A stretch of 63,090 nt of DNA, filler included, from an uncultured Myxococcia bacterium (GTDB taxonomy: Bacteria; CAZTWC01): NCBI GenBank assembly GCA_964617105.1. It is 5 parts of 5 records of this genome, joined end to end, with 100 filler letters (N's around TTAATTAATTAA, not from the genome) between each part and the next. Parts side by side here need not be neighbours in the genome. Positions count along the whole stretch, not along the records: positions 1 to 12,602 come from CAZTWC010000089.1; 4 more parts are not named here. One strand, written 5' to 3'. A model generated the notes under the pieces. That model ran no database searches. It saw nothing but the letters and a program-made list of their open reading frames with translations, and was not told where the DNA came from. Below are positions 1 to 9,757 of the stretch, piece by piece. A program made the translations under genes and the position numbers. Numbering within the stretch: position 1 is the stretch's first letter; the number at the start of each line of letters is the position of its first letter.

Positions 1-2
1 CG

Positions 3-1046
3 CTGAATATATCTTTATTTTTCACCAGAGTAACCAGCCTATTTTCCAGATTTTGGAATCTCTGTTTTTTTTGGTTTTCATTTAAGGATTACCGATTCTG
101 GCTGGTGGTGGTAACAATCCCTCTGTTTTTTTTGATTAAATCGCTGTTTTTTATAGTCGGTCCCTCTGAACAGGGGTTTCGTCTCAGATTGGGCAAAATT
201 GTGGAAACCGGAATTAAACCGGGTCTGCATTTTAAAATCCCCTATCCGGTTGAAAAGATTCTTATCTTTAATCCCCAAAAAATATTCCGGCTGGAATTGG
301 GTTTTCGAACCAATGGACAACTCCTGGATTTCAAGCAGCCCAGGTTGTGGGAAACCAAACACTGGGGAAAGGGTTTTAAGAAGTTAGAAGAAGAGAGCCT
401 ATATATTACTGGTGATGAAAATATTATCGACATTAGCGCTGTTCTCCAATACCGGATAATTGATCCCCGCTATTATCTATTTCAGTTTAATAATATGGAT
501 AAAATTTTACGCTCCCTGTTTGAAGCCAGTATGAGAGAAGTGGTGGCCACCATGAACCTGGACGACCTATTAACCTCCGGGCGGATAACCATGATGAAAA
601 GAGCAAAATTGCTGATGCGGCAATATACAGAAAAACTAAAACTAGGGGTGGAACCTATGCTGGTGTGCCTTTTTGATATTCATCCGCCAATCCCGGTGGT
701 TTACGCCTTTCGTGATGTTTTTAGCGCGCGGGAAGACAAACAGCGGAAACTTAATATGGCTCAATCCTATCAAAACAGCACCATTCCCAGAACCAGGGGA
801 AAGGCGGTTTCACGGGTTAAAAAGGCAAAAGGGACGGCATTTGAAAAGCAACAGATCGCCCTGGGCAAGGCAAAACGTTTGAAGGCAGTGGCAAAGATCG
901 CCCTTATTCACCCTGATGCCGTCTGGTATAGAAAATATCTTTCTACCATAGAAGCGGTATTAAGCGGGAAACCGAAATATGTGGTTGATCCAAGTGTCAA
1001 TACCGGAGCCTACAATATATGGATGTATAAAAAGGATAAACCTTAA
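3..1046 (+). CDS. hflK: HflK-like SPFH/band-7 membrane protease modulator, 5'-truncated
   Basis: GFRLRLGK, PGLHFKIPYP, ITGDENII, AFRDVFSARED motifs; frame is open from base 3, so the true start lies outside the contig. Confidence 0.85.
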   Translation: MNISLFFTRVTSLFSRFWNLCFFWFSFKDYRFWLVVVTIPLFFLIKSLFFIVGPSEQGFRLRLGKIVETGIKPGLHFKIPYPVEKILIFNPQKIFRLELGFRTNGQLLDFKQPRLWETKHWGKGFKKLEEESLYITGDENIIDISAVLQYRIIDPRYYLFQFNNMDKILRSLFEASMREVVATMNLDDLLTSGRITMMKRAKLLMRQYTEKLKLGVEPMLVCLFDIHPPIPVVYAFRDVFSAREDKQRKLNMAQSYQNSTIPRTRGKAVSRVKKAKGTAFEKQQIALGKAKRLKAVAKIALIHPDAVWYRKYLSTIEAVLSGKPKYVVDPSVNTGAYNIWMYKKDKP

Positions 1047-1058
1047 TAGGGAAATAAA

Positions 1059-1946
1059 ATGTATAAAACTATTTTGGCCACATTAGGTTTTTTAATGGTG
1101 ACCGGGTACCTGCTATTCACCATGATAGTCAGGGTGGATGAAACTGAGATTGCGGTGATAACTCAGTTTGGCGAACCCATAAAGATTGTCACCAAAGCCG
1201 GGGCTGTGTTTAAATTGCCCGATCCGATACAGACTGCCTGGCGCTACGACAAGCGCATTCAATTCCACATCACTACCGGGGCAGAGTATTTAACCAGAGA
1301 TAAGAAAAATTTGGTTATTGGATATTTTATCTTGTGGAAGATCAGTGAGGCCGCCAAATTTATTCAAAAGGTAAAAGACTTGAAAGGGGCGGAGATTCGA
1401 CTTTCAGATATGGTGGCTTCGGAACTGGGGACAGTTATTGGCAAATATCTATTGTCAGATTTTTTTACTGTGGATAAAAAGCAAACCAAAATTCCGGAAA
1501 TCGTTGACCAGGTAGCCGCTCTATGCCAAGAGAAATCGCTTCAAGAGTTTGGGGTGGAGATAACCGATATTCGCATTCATAAACTCAATTTTCCCTTGCA
1601 GAACCGGCCTAGTGTATACCAGCGGATGTGGGCTGAAAGAGAGAGAATAGCCAATAAATATAGGGCTGAAGGCGAAGAGGAAGCGATTAAGATCAGGGCC
1701 AAAACCGAGCGGCAGGTAAAAGAGATGCTGGCCGAAGCGGAGAAAAAAGCCCAGATCATCCGGGGCGAGGGTGAAGCGAAATCTACCCGGATTTATGCCG
1801 AGGCTTTTAAGAGCAATCCCGCTTTTTTCAAATACACCCATGAGTTGGAGTTGTACAGCAAATTGCTGGATCAGAAAACCACCCTGATCTTATCGATAAA
1901 ATCGCCCATATTCAAGTATTTGGAAACACCGCCAAAGATAAAATAG
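1059..1946 (+). CDS. hflC: HflC-like SPFH protein
   Basis: N-terminal TM, AVITQFGEP, LTRDKKNL, RMWAERERIANKYRAEGEEEA, GEGEAKSTRIYAEAF typical of HflC. Confidence 0.92.
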   Translation: MYKTILATLGFLMVTGYLLFTMIVRVDETEIAVITQFGEPIKIVTKAGAVFKLPDPIQTAWRYDKRIQFHITTGAEYLTRDKKNLVIGYFILWKISEAAKFIQKVKDLKGAEIRLSDMVASELGTVIGKYLLSDFFTVDKKQTKIPEIVDQVAALCQEKSLQEFGVEITDIRIHKLNFPLQNRPSVYQRMWAERERIANKYRAEGEEEAIKIRAKTERQVKEMLAEAEKKAQIIRGEGEAKSTRIYAEAFKSNPAFFKYTHELELYSKLLDQKTTLILSIKSPIFKYLETPPKIK

Positions 1947-1957
1947 GACAGGCTGAA

Positions 1958-2896
1958 TTGGAAAAGAAAACTCAAACCTTTAAATATATAAAAGCCGTTG
2001 CCGAAGTGTTTTTTGTTTTCGCGGTTTTAATCTATTTTTTATCTGGCTTTTACTTGATAGCCCCTCAACAGAGAGGGGTTTTGACCCGCTTTGGCCGCCT
2101 GGTTGATGAACGGATAATGCCGGGTATTCATTACCATCTTCCCTGGCCCATGGAAAAGGTGCAAATTATAAAAGTTACCGAGTATCGCCGCCTGTCCATG
2201 ACTTTTCAGGAATATGACCGGGATTATACCCAGCCAGGTTCTTTGCTTACCAGCGATGAAAACATTGTTCAAATCACCCTGTTGGTACAATACAATATTA
2301 AGAAACCGGGACAATTTTTGTTTTCTGCGCCAAAACCGGAAAGACTGCTGGATTATATTGTCAGGTACGCTGCCATTGTGGTCTCGGCCGGCTTGCCGAT
2401 TGACCAGATAATGACCACCGGCCGGCAATTACTAAAGGTTGAGGTCAAGAATCTAGCCCAAAAATTGGCGGACTCCTATAAACTGGGTATAAGTATCGCT
2501 GCTATCCATATAAAATCCATTACTCCGCCGGCAAAAGTAAAAAACAGTTTTGCCGATGTGGCCAGTGCCAGGGAAGATAAAATAAAACTTATCCAAAAGG
2601 CCAAAGGCGAAAGCAATAGAAAGTTGCCGGAAGCCCGGGGCAAGGTGGAGGAGATTTTAAATGAAGCCCATTCCTATAAAACCGAACTTATAGAAGCCGC
2701 CCATGGCGAATCCAAGGCTTTTTTGGCCCTGTTAAAGGAATACAACCACTCCAAGCAAATCACCACCCGAAAACTATATTTAGAGGCCTTGAATCGAATA
2801 TTATCTAAAACCAAAAAGTATATTTACGACCCCCAGGCAGAACAATTTCTAAAGGCAAATCGCCCTAATCCAGAGTGGCTAAACCCCCGACCATAA
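1958..2896 (+). CDS. hflK: Second HflK-like SPFH protein
   Basis: GVLTRFGR, PGIHYHLPWP, LTSDENIV, PPAKVKNSFADVASARED, LPEARG, RKLYLE. Confidence 0.9.
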   Translation: MEKKTQTFKYIKAVAEVFFVFAVLIYFLSGFYLIAPQQRGVLTRFGRLVDERIMPGIHYHLPWPMEKVQIIKVTEYRRLSMTFQEYDRDYTQPGSLLTSDENIVQITLLVQYNIKKPGQFLFSAPKPERLLDYIVRYAAIVVSAGLPIDQIMTTGRQLLKVEVKNLAQKLADSYKLGISIAAIHIKSITPPAKVKNSFADVASAREDKIKLIQKAKGESNRKLPEARGKVEEILNEAHSYKTELIEAAHGESKAFLALLKEYNHSKQITTRKLYLEALNRILSKTKKYIYDPQAEQFLKANRPNPEWLNPRP

Positions 2897-2912
2897 TTGC
2901 GGTGGAAAAATT

Positions 2913-3683
2913 ATGAAAAAAAACAAAAATACTTTATTAACAACCGGTCAGGCCGCTAAACTCTGTTCTGTAAAACCTGACACCATGCTAAAATGGATTA
3001 AAAAAGGTAAAATCAAGGCCTCCCGGACTGCTGGCGGACATTTTCGAGTAAATCGTTCTGATATGGCAGATTATATCTCCTCTACTCACAGTGAAAATGA
3101 AGAAGACTCTATAAAGGGGACCAGAAAACCTTTCCAGTTCTGTTGGGAATATTTTGCGTTGCACGGCGAGATAATTCAGGATTGTTTAAAATGTCTGGTT
3201 TATAGTTCACGAACTATGCGCTGTTGGGAATTGAGCCGCTTATCCACAGAATTTGGCTTTGCCGGTATCTATTGCACCACTACTTGCAATGACTGTAAAT
3301 ATAAACAAGACCAGAGAAGTAAACCCTTTCAGGTGATACTGGTTACTGATGATGACCAGATAAAGACCTCATTACTGGAACAGAGTGAAGGCACCTGGTC
3401 CATAATGCGATTCACCAATTGTGAATATGGTTGTTCCAGTATAATCGACCAGTTTAGACCAGATTATATTGTTATAGACGGTTATTGCTTTTCAGAGGAG
3501 AGGTGTGCCGAATTTTGCTTTAACCTCCAGCAGGACCCCAGGATCCCAGAGACCAAAATTATTATGCTTTTATCAGAATCGGCTCAAAAAAAAGGCAACC
3601 GAAACCAATCAAAAATCTATAAATATATTAACAAACCCTTTAGTGCCCACAAGTTAAAAACCAGCCTGGACTATACTGGTTGA
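2913..3683 (+). CDS. Regulator: excisionase-like HTH + Cys-rich two-CW-like domain + receiver domain
   Basis: LLTTGQAAKLCSV..RTAGGHFRV (MerR/Xis-type HTH); CWEY-x-CLKC-x-CWE-x-CTTTCNDC; RPDYIVID..INKPF receiver. Confidence 0.75.
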   Translation: MKKNKNTLLTTGQAAKLCSVKPDTMLKWIKKGKIKASRTAGGHFRVNRSDMADYISSTHSENEEDSIKGTRKPFQFCWEYFALHGEIIQDCLKCLVYSSRTMRCWELSRLSTEFGFAGIYCTTTCNDCKYKQDQRSKPFQVILVTDDDQIKTSLLEQSEGTWSIMRFTNCEYGCSSIIDQFRPDYIVIDGYCFSEERCAEFCFNLQQDPRIPETKIIMLLSESAQKKGNRNQSKIYKYINKPFSAHKLKTSLDYTG

Positions 3684-3853
3684 TGGCTGATAGCCCCGTT
3701 TTAACTCCTACCATCATGTGCGGTATTTAAATGCCACGGTTCTGTCGAGGAAACAGTAAGGTTGTCTTCCTGCTTTTACCAACTCAACCGCTTGAAATAG
3801 CTGGTAAAAATGTGACTACATTTAAAAATTGCGGGCCAATTGATATTTTTCTC

Positions 3854-3882
3854 TTGACAATAAGGGCAGTTTTTTTTACGAT
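3854..3882 (+). promoter_or_regulatory. Sigma70-type promoter upstream of the Rrf2 gene
   Basis: TTGACA (3854-3859), 17-bp spacer, TACGAT (3877-3882). Confidence 0.6.
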
Positions 3883-3892
3883 TAAGTCAGAT

Positions 3893-3919
3893 TAAATCCT
3901 ATGGGGTTATGCGGATATA
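3893..3919. promoter_or_regulatory. Candidate Rrf2 operator (imperfect inverted repeat)
   Basis: TAAATCC-N13-GGATATA just downstream of the promoter; size resembles IscR/CymR-type sites. Confidence 0.35.
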
Positions 3920-4036
3920 AAATGGCCCATATAATTTTATTTCTCATTAAAAAAGGCATTTTAACCACCTGAAATAACTTTGCTCCGGACAGGGGCTGGA
4001 TTTCATTAGATAAATGACCAATTAACGGAGAGTTAA

Positions 4037-4522
4037 GTGAAAATTCCCACCAAGGTTACATATTCGTTACGGTTAATGAGTTGCCTGGCAGACCATGCTC
4101 ATCGCGAAAAGCCGGTAGGTTTAAAGGAAATTTCTAAAAAACTTGGGATTTCATTACGTTATTTGGAACAATTAGTGGTCCCCTTAAAAAATGCCGCTTT
4201 GCTAAAAAGCGTGGCCGGCAAATATGGCGGTTATCTTCTGACCAGGGAGCCGGGGCAAATCAAAGTGGGAGAAATTGTTGAAGTAGCCATGGGGCCTATC
4301 AGTCTGATCAATTGTTTGGAGAATAATTACGAGTGCAAATATTTAGATGTCTGCATTACCAGGAGAATGTGGGGGCTGGTTAACAGCAACATTACCGATA
4401 TTCTATATGATTATTCTCTTCAGGATTTATCAGAAAAGAAAATGGTGGAAAAATACTCGGCTGACTCAACTGATGTTGAAGATAGCAGTGATGAAGATAT
4501 TTTAGCCAAATTGCCGTGTTAA
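4037..4522 (+). CDS. Rrf2 family (IscR/CymR-like) transcriptional regulator with three Fe-S type cysteines
   Basis: ISLRYLEQL, SVAGKYGGYLL, C-x5-C-x5-C (CLENNYECKYLDVC). Confidence 0.92.
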   Translation: MKIPTKVTYSLRLMSCLADHAHREKPVGLKEISKKLGISLRYLEQLVVPLKNAALLKSVAGKYGGYLLTREPGQIKVGEIVEVAMGPISLINCLENNYECKYLDVCITRRMWGLVNSNITDILYDYSLQDLSEKKMVEKYSADSTDVEDSSDEDILAKLPC

Positions 4523-4596
4523 CCTAAGGGTTCGCACATAAAACAAAAAGCAATTCCGGAGTGTTAAGTTTTATTTAACGGAAGTGAGGTGTTTGC

Positions 4597-5523
4597 ATGT
4601 TGTATTCGATTATCTATCTGTGTTTCTTTGTCTTTGCGGCAGCAGTTGCCTTTCGGGTGATAAAACTGCTCACTATGCCCAGGCATTTGCGTTGGGAACT
4701 CTACCCGGTGGCTCATGAAAAAGGCAAAGCCCACTATGGTGGTTCCTACTTTGAAGAGTTTGAGTGGTGGAAAAAGGAGCCGCAGAAATCAAAATTGCAG
4801 GAACTATCGATTATGATTCCGGAAATTCTGCTGATTAAAGGGCTGTGGGAGCATAACCGCAAATTGTGGTATTTTTCTTTTCCTTTTCATGCCGGGCTCT
4901 ACTTGCTCTTTGCCCTCATCGGGCTGCTGGCACTGGGCGCAATTGTGCAGGCCAATGGTGTAACTGTTGCTCCGGATGGTAATATCCTGGTTTCCGCCCT
5001 CTATTACCTGACCATCCTGGTGGGATTTTCCTCTTTGGCGGCCGGGCTTTTTGGCAGTATTGCTTTATTGCTAAACCGGTACAATGATAAGAAATTAAAA
5101 AACTACTCGGCCCCCATGGATTTTGCCAACCTCTATTTCTTTATTGTTGCTTTTGCCGTGGGTTTTCTATCCTGGCTGTTGGTGGATCATGACTTTGCTA
5201 TCGGTAGAACCATTGCCCAGGGTGTTATCACTTTTGAGGATTTAGCCATCAACAGTGTATGGGTATCTGGGGCGGTTTTCTTATGGGCTATTTTGTTGGC
5301 CTATATTCCTTTGACCCACATGTCTCACTTTTTCACCAAATATTTTATTTACCACCATGTCCGCTGGGAAGATGAACCCAATTTGCGGGGTAGTAAAGTT
5401 GAAGCAGAAATAAACAAAAACTTAAATTATCCAGTTAGTTGGTCTGCGCCTCATATCAATGGCGATGGCAAAAAAACCTGGGTAGATGTAGCTTTAGCGG
5501 AGGGAACTGAAGATGAAAAATAA
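4597..5523 (+). CDS. DsrM/NarI-like membrane b-type cytochrome subunit
   Basis: Multiple TM helices, HLRWELYPVAHE, GGSYFEE, FPFHAGLY, PLTHMSHF heme-ligand histidines; overlaps a downstream CCG protein. Confidence 0.8.
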   Translation: MLYSIIYLCFFVFAAAVAFRVIKLLTMPRHLRWELYPVAHEKGKAHYGGSYFEEFEWWKKEPQKSKLQELSIMIPEILLIKGLWEHNRKLWYFSFPFHAGLYLLFALIGLLALGAIVQANGVTVAPDGNILVSALYYLTILVGFSSLAAGLFGSIALLLNRYNDKKLKNYSAPMDFANLYFFIVAFAVGFLSWLLVDHDFAIGRTIAQGVITFEDLAINSVWVSGAVFLWAILLAYIPLTHMSHFFTKYFIYHHVRWEDEPNLRGSKVEAEINKNLNYPVSWSAPHINGDGKKTWVDVALAEGTEDEK

Positions 5524-7120
5524 TATAACCGTAGAGGATATCAGTAAGCCATCGAAACAGTTGACCCATATCGACCCGGCCGAACTAAAACCTTTGCCGG
5601 CTCCATATAACAATCATGATGGCAGCCCTGATTGGAAAGAGATCAAGCCTGAAACCAGGGAAAAAATGGAGGCCAGCCTGGATGACACCTGTGCCTTGAG
5701 TCTTCCCAAGGTGGAAAGTAAAGAGGAGCAGGAAAAAATTATCGCCTCTTTTCTCAAAGGGCTGGAGAAACTGCTAACCCAAGAGAATAACTGGACCTTT
5801 TTACAGCCGCTGATACTCTCTTTGGATCATTGCGCCAAGTGTCAGACCTGTTCTGATGCCTGCCCGGTTTTTGAAGTGACCCAGGACGAAGTATATAGAC
5901 CTACTTTCCGGTCAGAAGTGCTCAGGCGAATCTATAAAAAGCATATCAAACCGGGAGGCAAACTGTGGAGTAAATTATCGGGCGGCGACATAGAACTTAA
6001 CTGGACCACCCTTACCCGGTTGATAGAACTTGCCTATCGCTGCACTCTTTGCCGGCGTTGTGCCCAGACCTGCCCGGTGGGGGTTGACAATGGATTGATA
6101 AATCATGAGTTAAGAAAACTGTTCAGCCAGGAGTTGGGAATCGCTGCCAAAGAGATCCACCAATTAGGCTCTGTACAGCAGTTAAAAATCGGTTCATCCA
6201 CTGGCATGAATCCGGAAGTGCTCAAAGACAACATGGAGTTTATCGATGAGGATATGACCGACCTGACTGGGTTTACTGTAAATACGCCCTTTGACAAGGA
6301 GGGCGCCGATATCCTGTTGATTCACAACGCTGGAGAGATATTGGCCTGGCCCCAGAACCCCGGTGCTTTTGCTATCATCCTGGAAGCAGCCGGCCTCAAC
6401 TGGACCCTGTCCAGTGACCTGGTGGCCTACGATGCTGTTAACTACGGCCTGTGGTATGATGACGCTCAATTGGCCCGGGTGGCCCTGAAGCATTTACAGG
6501 TAGCCAAAAAACTGGGAGTGAAAAAGATCGTGGTGGGTGAATGTGGGCACGCTCACAAAGCCTTGATGGTTATTGCTGACCGGGTTGCCACCGGCGATCT
6601 CAATATACCGCGGGAAAGTTGTTTTACCTTGCTGGAGAATATAGTTTTTAGCGGCAAGTTAAAACTTGATCCATCCAAGAATGATTTTCCGGTCACGTTG
6701 CATGACCCCTGCAACGTGGCGAGAGCCATGGGCGTGGTGGAACCACAGCGCCGGATAATACGCCATATTGCCCCCCAGTTCAGGGAGATGTATCCCCATG
6801 GTGTTACCAATTACTGTTGCGGTGGCGGGAGCGGTTTTGCCATTATGTCGCCCAATAATTTTGAAGACTGGCGTTTTAATGTTTCCGGCCGGAAAAAATT
6901 TGAGCAGATTATCAATGCTTTTTCCGATTGTCCATCTCCTGATGTCAAAAAATACCTGTGTGCACCCTGCTCAAACTGCAAAGGACAAATCCGGGATATG
7001 TTCAAGTATTATAAAGCCTGGGAAAAATTTGGCATAAAATACGATGGGCTGGTGGAATTAATTGTCAACTGCATGGAAGATATCAAACAACCCTTTATCG
7101 AATGGGATGAAGTATTCTAA
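5513..7120 (+). CDS. DsrK/HdrD-like Fe-S heterodisulfide-reductase-type protein (CCG domains)
   Basis: CAKCQTCSDAC, CTLCRRCAQTCP, GECGH, HDPCN, CCGGGSG, CAPCSNC. Confidence 0.88.
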   Translation: MKNNITVEDISKPSKQLTHIDPAELKPLPAPYNNHDGSPDWKEIKPETREKMEASLDDTCALSLPKVESKEEQEKIIASFLKGLEKLLTQENNWTFLQPLILSLDHCAKCQTCSDACPVFEVTQDEVYRPTFRSEVLRRIYKKHIKPGGKLWSKLSGGDIELNWTTLTRLIELAYRCTLCRRCAQTCPVGVDNGLINHELRKLFSQELGIAAKEIHQLGSVQQLKIGSSTGMNPEVLKDNMEFIDEDMTDLTGFTVNTPFDKEGADILLIHNAGEILAWPQNPGAFAIILEAAGLNWTLSSDLVAYDAVNYGLWYDDAQLARVALKHLQVAKKLGVKKIVVGECGHAHKALMVIADRVATGDLNIPRESCFTLLENIVFSGKLKLDPSKNDFPVTLHDPCNVARAMGVVEPQRRIIRHIAPQFREMYPHGVTNYCCGGGSGFAIMSPNNFEDWRFNVSGRKKFEQIINAFSDCPSPDVKKYLCAPCSNCKGQIRDMFKYYKAWEKFGIKYDGLVELIVNCMEDIKQPFIEWDEVF

Positions 7121-7146
7121 TTTAAGGAGCCCTAAGGTTTATTAGA

Positions 7147-7698
7147 ATGACTGCAATGAAAGCAAAAATGCGGCCTACTCAACAGCACCGGGAGATGATT
7201 AAAATTCTGGTGGTGGATGATGAACCTGACAATATCATTTTTATGACCGCTCTGCTTACAGATCACGGTTATCAAATGATTGAGGCTCGAAATGCCGATG
7301 AAGCGTTAAAAAAAATCGATGTGATCTTGCCGGATCTGATTATATTGGACATCAGGCTTCCCCGGCAGTCGGGAATCTCCCTCTACCGGCAATTGAAATT
7401 GAATGATAACTACCGGCATGTGCCAGTAATTTTTTTAAGCGCCTTTGGAATTGCCAGGAACTTTATCAGCGAGAGTTTTCGTAAACTGGTGCCGGATGAA
7501 CGAGTTCCGGAGCCAGAATTGTTCCTGGAAAAGCCGGTTAATATAGATCTTCTGCTGGAGAGTATTGAAGATATTCTGGCCAGAAAAGGGGGGGCAAAGA
7601 CTATGTCACGCCAGGAGTTACAGGCAGAGATTTCAACCCTGATGGAAAACGTGGACAAACAAAAACTGGCAGAAATTTTATCGGTGTTAAAAAAATAG
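7147..7698 (+). CDS. Single-domain response regulator with short C-terminal helical tail
   Basis: ILVVDDEPD, LIILDIRLP, FLEKP; start codon uncertain. Confidence 0.88.
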   Translation: MTAMKAKMRPTQQHREMIKILVVDDEPDNIIFMTALLTDHGYQMIEARNADEALKKIDVILPDLIILDIRLPRQSGISLYRQLKLNDNYRHVPVIFLSAFGIARNFISESFRKLVPDERVPEPELFLEKPVNIDLLLESIEDILARKGGAKTMSRQELQAEISTLMENVDKQKLAEILSVLKK

Positions 7699-7741
7699 AT
7701 TCGTAAATTTTTTATCAATTCCTTAGTATAGGAGGTACAAA

Positions 7742-8152
7742 ATGGGGACTATAAACCAAGAAAATACTCTATTATTTGGGCTTAAGATTTTGGTTACTGA
7801 TGATGAACCAGATATGAGGACTTTTTTGTCCACCCTTTTTGAGGACAACGGCGCCACGGTATTTCAGGCTTCTAACGGAAAAGAGGCTTTGGAAATCGCC
7901 CAGGCAGAGAAACCGAATCTGATCACCTTGGATTTGGCCATGCCGGAGATGGACGGTGGTGAAACTTATGCGGCTTTAAAAGCCAAATCGGAATTGCAGA
8001 ATATTCCGGTTTGCGTTATCTCGGGCCAGCCAAAATTGAGAAAGTTGATTTATTCACAAGATCTACCCCGGCCGGAAGGGTATATGAATAAACCGGTCAA
8101 AGAGGAAACCGTGCTGATGAACATACGTAAAATATTACGTCTTCCCAGGTAG
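7742..8152 (+). CDS. Single-domain response regulator
   Basis: ILVTDDEPD, LITLDLAMP, YMNKP; GGAGG RBS. Confidence 0.92.
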   Translation: MGTINQENTLLFGLKILVTDDEPDMRTFLSTLFEDNGATVFQASNGKEALEIAQAEKPNLITLDLAMPEMDGGETYAALKAKSELQNIPVCVISGQPKLRKLIYSQDLPRPEGYMNKPVKEETVLMNIRKILRLPR

Positions 8153-8293
8153 GTCTGCCCTACTGAAAATTATTGGCTATTTGGGCGATAAAGTTTTGCA
8201 ATGAATTTATTTATAAGATATAAAGATTGCTTTGTGTTCTTTCACTTTTAGGGCACTAAATGATTTTTATCAGTAAATTCAGGAGAAAGGCCA

Positions 8294-9724
8294 GTGGAAA
8301 ATATTTACCGCCAATACTTTGAACAGATGCCTTGCTATGTCACTATCCAGGATCAAAATTTGCGCATTATCGATACTAATAAAAAATATCGGGATGATTT
8401 CGGCCAGGCAATTGGAAGATATTGTTTTCAAGTCTATAAGAACCGCACTGACAAATGCCCGAAGTGCCCGGTTGAAAAAACCTTTCAGGATGGGAAGAAA
8501 CATAGCAACGAAGAGTTGATTCAACTAAAAGATGGTAAGAAAATACCGGTAGTGGTCTGGACTTCGCCGATAACAGATAACACTGATAATGTGGTAGCGG
8601 TAATGGAGATGTCCACCGATATCTCTGAGGTAAAACAGTTGCAAGAGAAGTATCGGGCTCTGTTTTCTGAGGTACCCTGTTACATTTCAGTGCAGGACAA
8701 AAATTTGAAGATTATCGATGCCAACCGGCTGTTTAAAGATGATTTTGGCGATTGTATCGGTTCTAATTGTTATAAAGTATATAAACAAAGGGATAAACCA
8801 TGCCCCGATTGTTTGGTAATGGACTCTTTTGGTGACGGCCAACCGCATCACACCGAAGAGATAATGAATTCTCTGGAGGGGGAGCCCAGAAATGTTTTAT
8901 GCCACTCTGCTCCCTTGCGCAATGCTTCCGGCAAGGTGGTGGCTGTTATGGAGATGTTTACTGACATTACCGATATCCGGAAACTGCAGTCGAAATTAGC
9001 CTCTCTGGGGCTTATAGTCGGTTCTTCTGCCCATGATATAAAAGGGTTTATCGGCGGCATTGACGGTGGACGTTATTTGGTGGAGAGCGGGATTAAAAAA
9101 GAAAACTTCAGCCGCATAAAGCAGGGTTGGGAGATGGTTCAAAGAAACCTCCATAGAATACGTAGAGTCACCCTTAATCTGTTGTATTCAGCCAAGGACC
9201 GGGATGTGAATTGGGAGTTGGTGGATATTAGCAATCTGATTGAGGATATCCATCTCGATACCGAAGATATGGCGAAGACCCATGGAATCGATTTGAAGGT
9301 CAAGGGAGAGGAGAACCTGGAAATGGTTGAGGGTGATGGTAGTGCCCTGTATTCGATGCTGATGAACCTGGTCGAAAACGCCTATGACGCCTGTCGCATG
9401 GATAGCCAAAAGGATGAACACCGGGTGGAGATAGACGCCTATACTGAATCGAATAGGGTAGTGATCAAGGTATCTGACAATGGGGTTGGCATGGACCAGG
9501 AGAATAGAGAAAAAGCTTTTAGCCTGTTTTTTTCCTCCAAGGGAAGCCAGGGGACTGGCCTGGGATTATATGTAGCCAACAAAGTGGTTAAAAACCACGG
9601 AGGCACAATTCTAATCGATTCCCAGCCGGGAAAGGGGACAAATTTTATTATAAAACTGCCCCAAAATTATTTTTCTACCCAAGAAATAGTTAATCGGGAG
9701 CAGGAAATAAGGAATGGATATTAG
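8294..9724 (+). CDS. Cytoplasmic histidine kinase with two Cys-containing PAS domains
   Basis: Tandem PAS/PAC repeats; H-box AHDIKG; NLVENA, DNGVGM, F box, GTGLGL. Confidence 0.92.
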   Translation: MENIYRQYFEQMPCYVTIQDQNLRIIDTNKKYRDDFGQAIGRYCFQVYKNRTDKCPKCPVEKTFQDGKKHSNEELIQLKDGKKIPVVVWTSPITDNTDNVVAVMEMSTDISEVKQLQEKYRALFSEVPCYISVQDKNLKIIDANRLFKDDFGDCIGSNCYKVYKQRDKPCPDCLVMDSFGDGQPHHTEEIMNSLEGEPRNVLCHSAPLRNASGKVVAVMEMFTDITDIRKLQSKLASLGLIVGSSAHDIKGFIGGIDGGRYLVESGIKKENFSRIKQGWEMVQRNLHRIRRVTLNLLYSAKDRDVNWELVDISNLIEDIHLDTEDMAKTHGIDLKVKGEENLEMVEGDGSALYSMLMNLVENAYDACRMDSQKDEHRVEIDAYTESNRVVIKVSDNGVGMDQENREKAFSLFFSSKGSQGTGLGLYVANKVVKNHGGTILIDSQPGKGTNFIIKLPQNYFSTQEIVNREQEIRNGY

Positions 9725-9757
9725 TCATTTATCAATCAATAGAAACGAGGTAACATT

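Noticed and set aside
2913-3100. Excisionase as a sign of a prophage or ICE
   Set aside because: HTH is fused to sensor and receiver domains; no integrase or phage genes nearby
4597-7120. Calling the pair bona fide dsrM/dsrK and the organism a sulfate reducer
   Set aside because: No dsrAB, dsrC or dsrJOP in the window; motifs only support DsrMK-like
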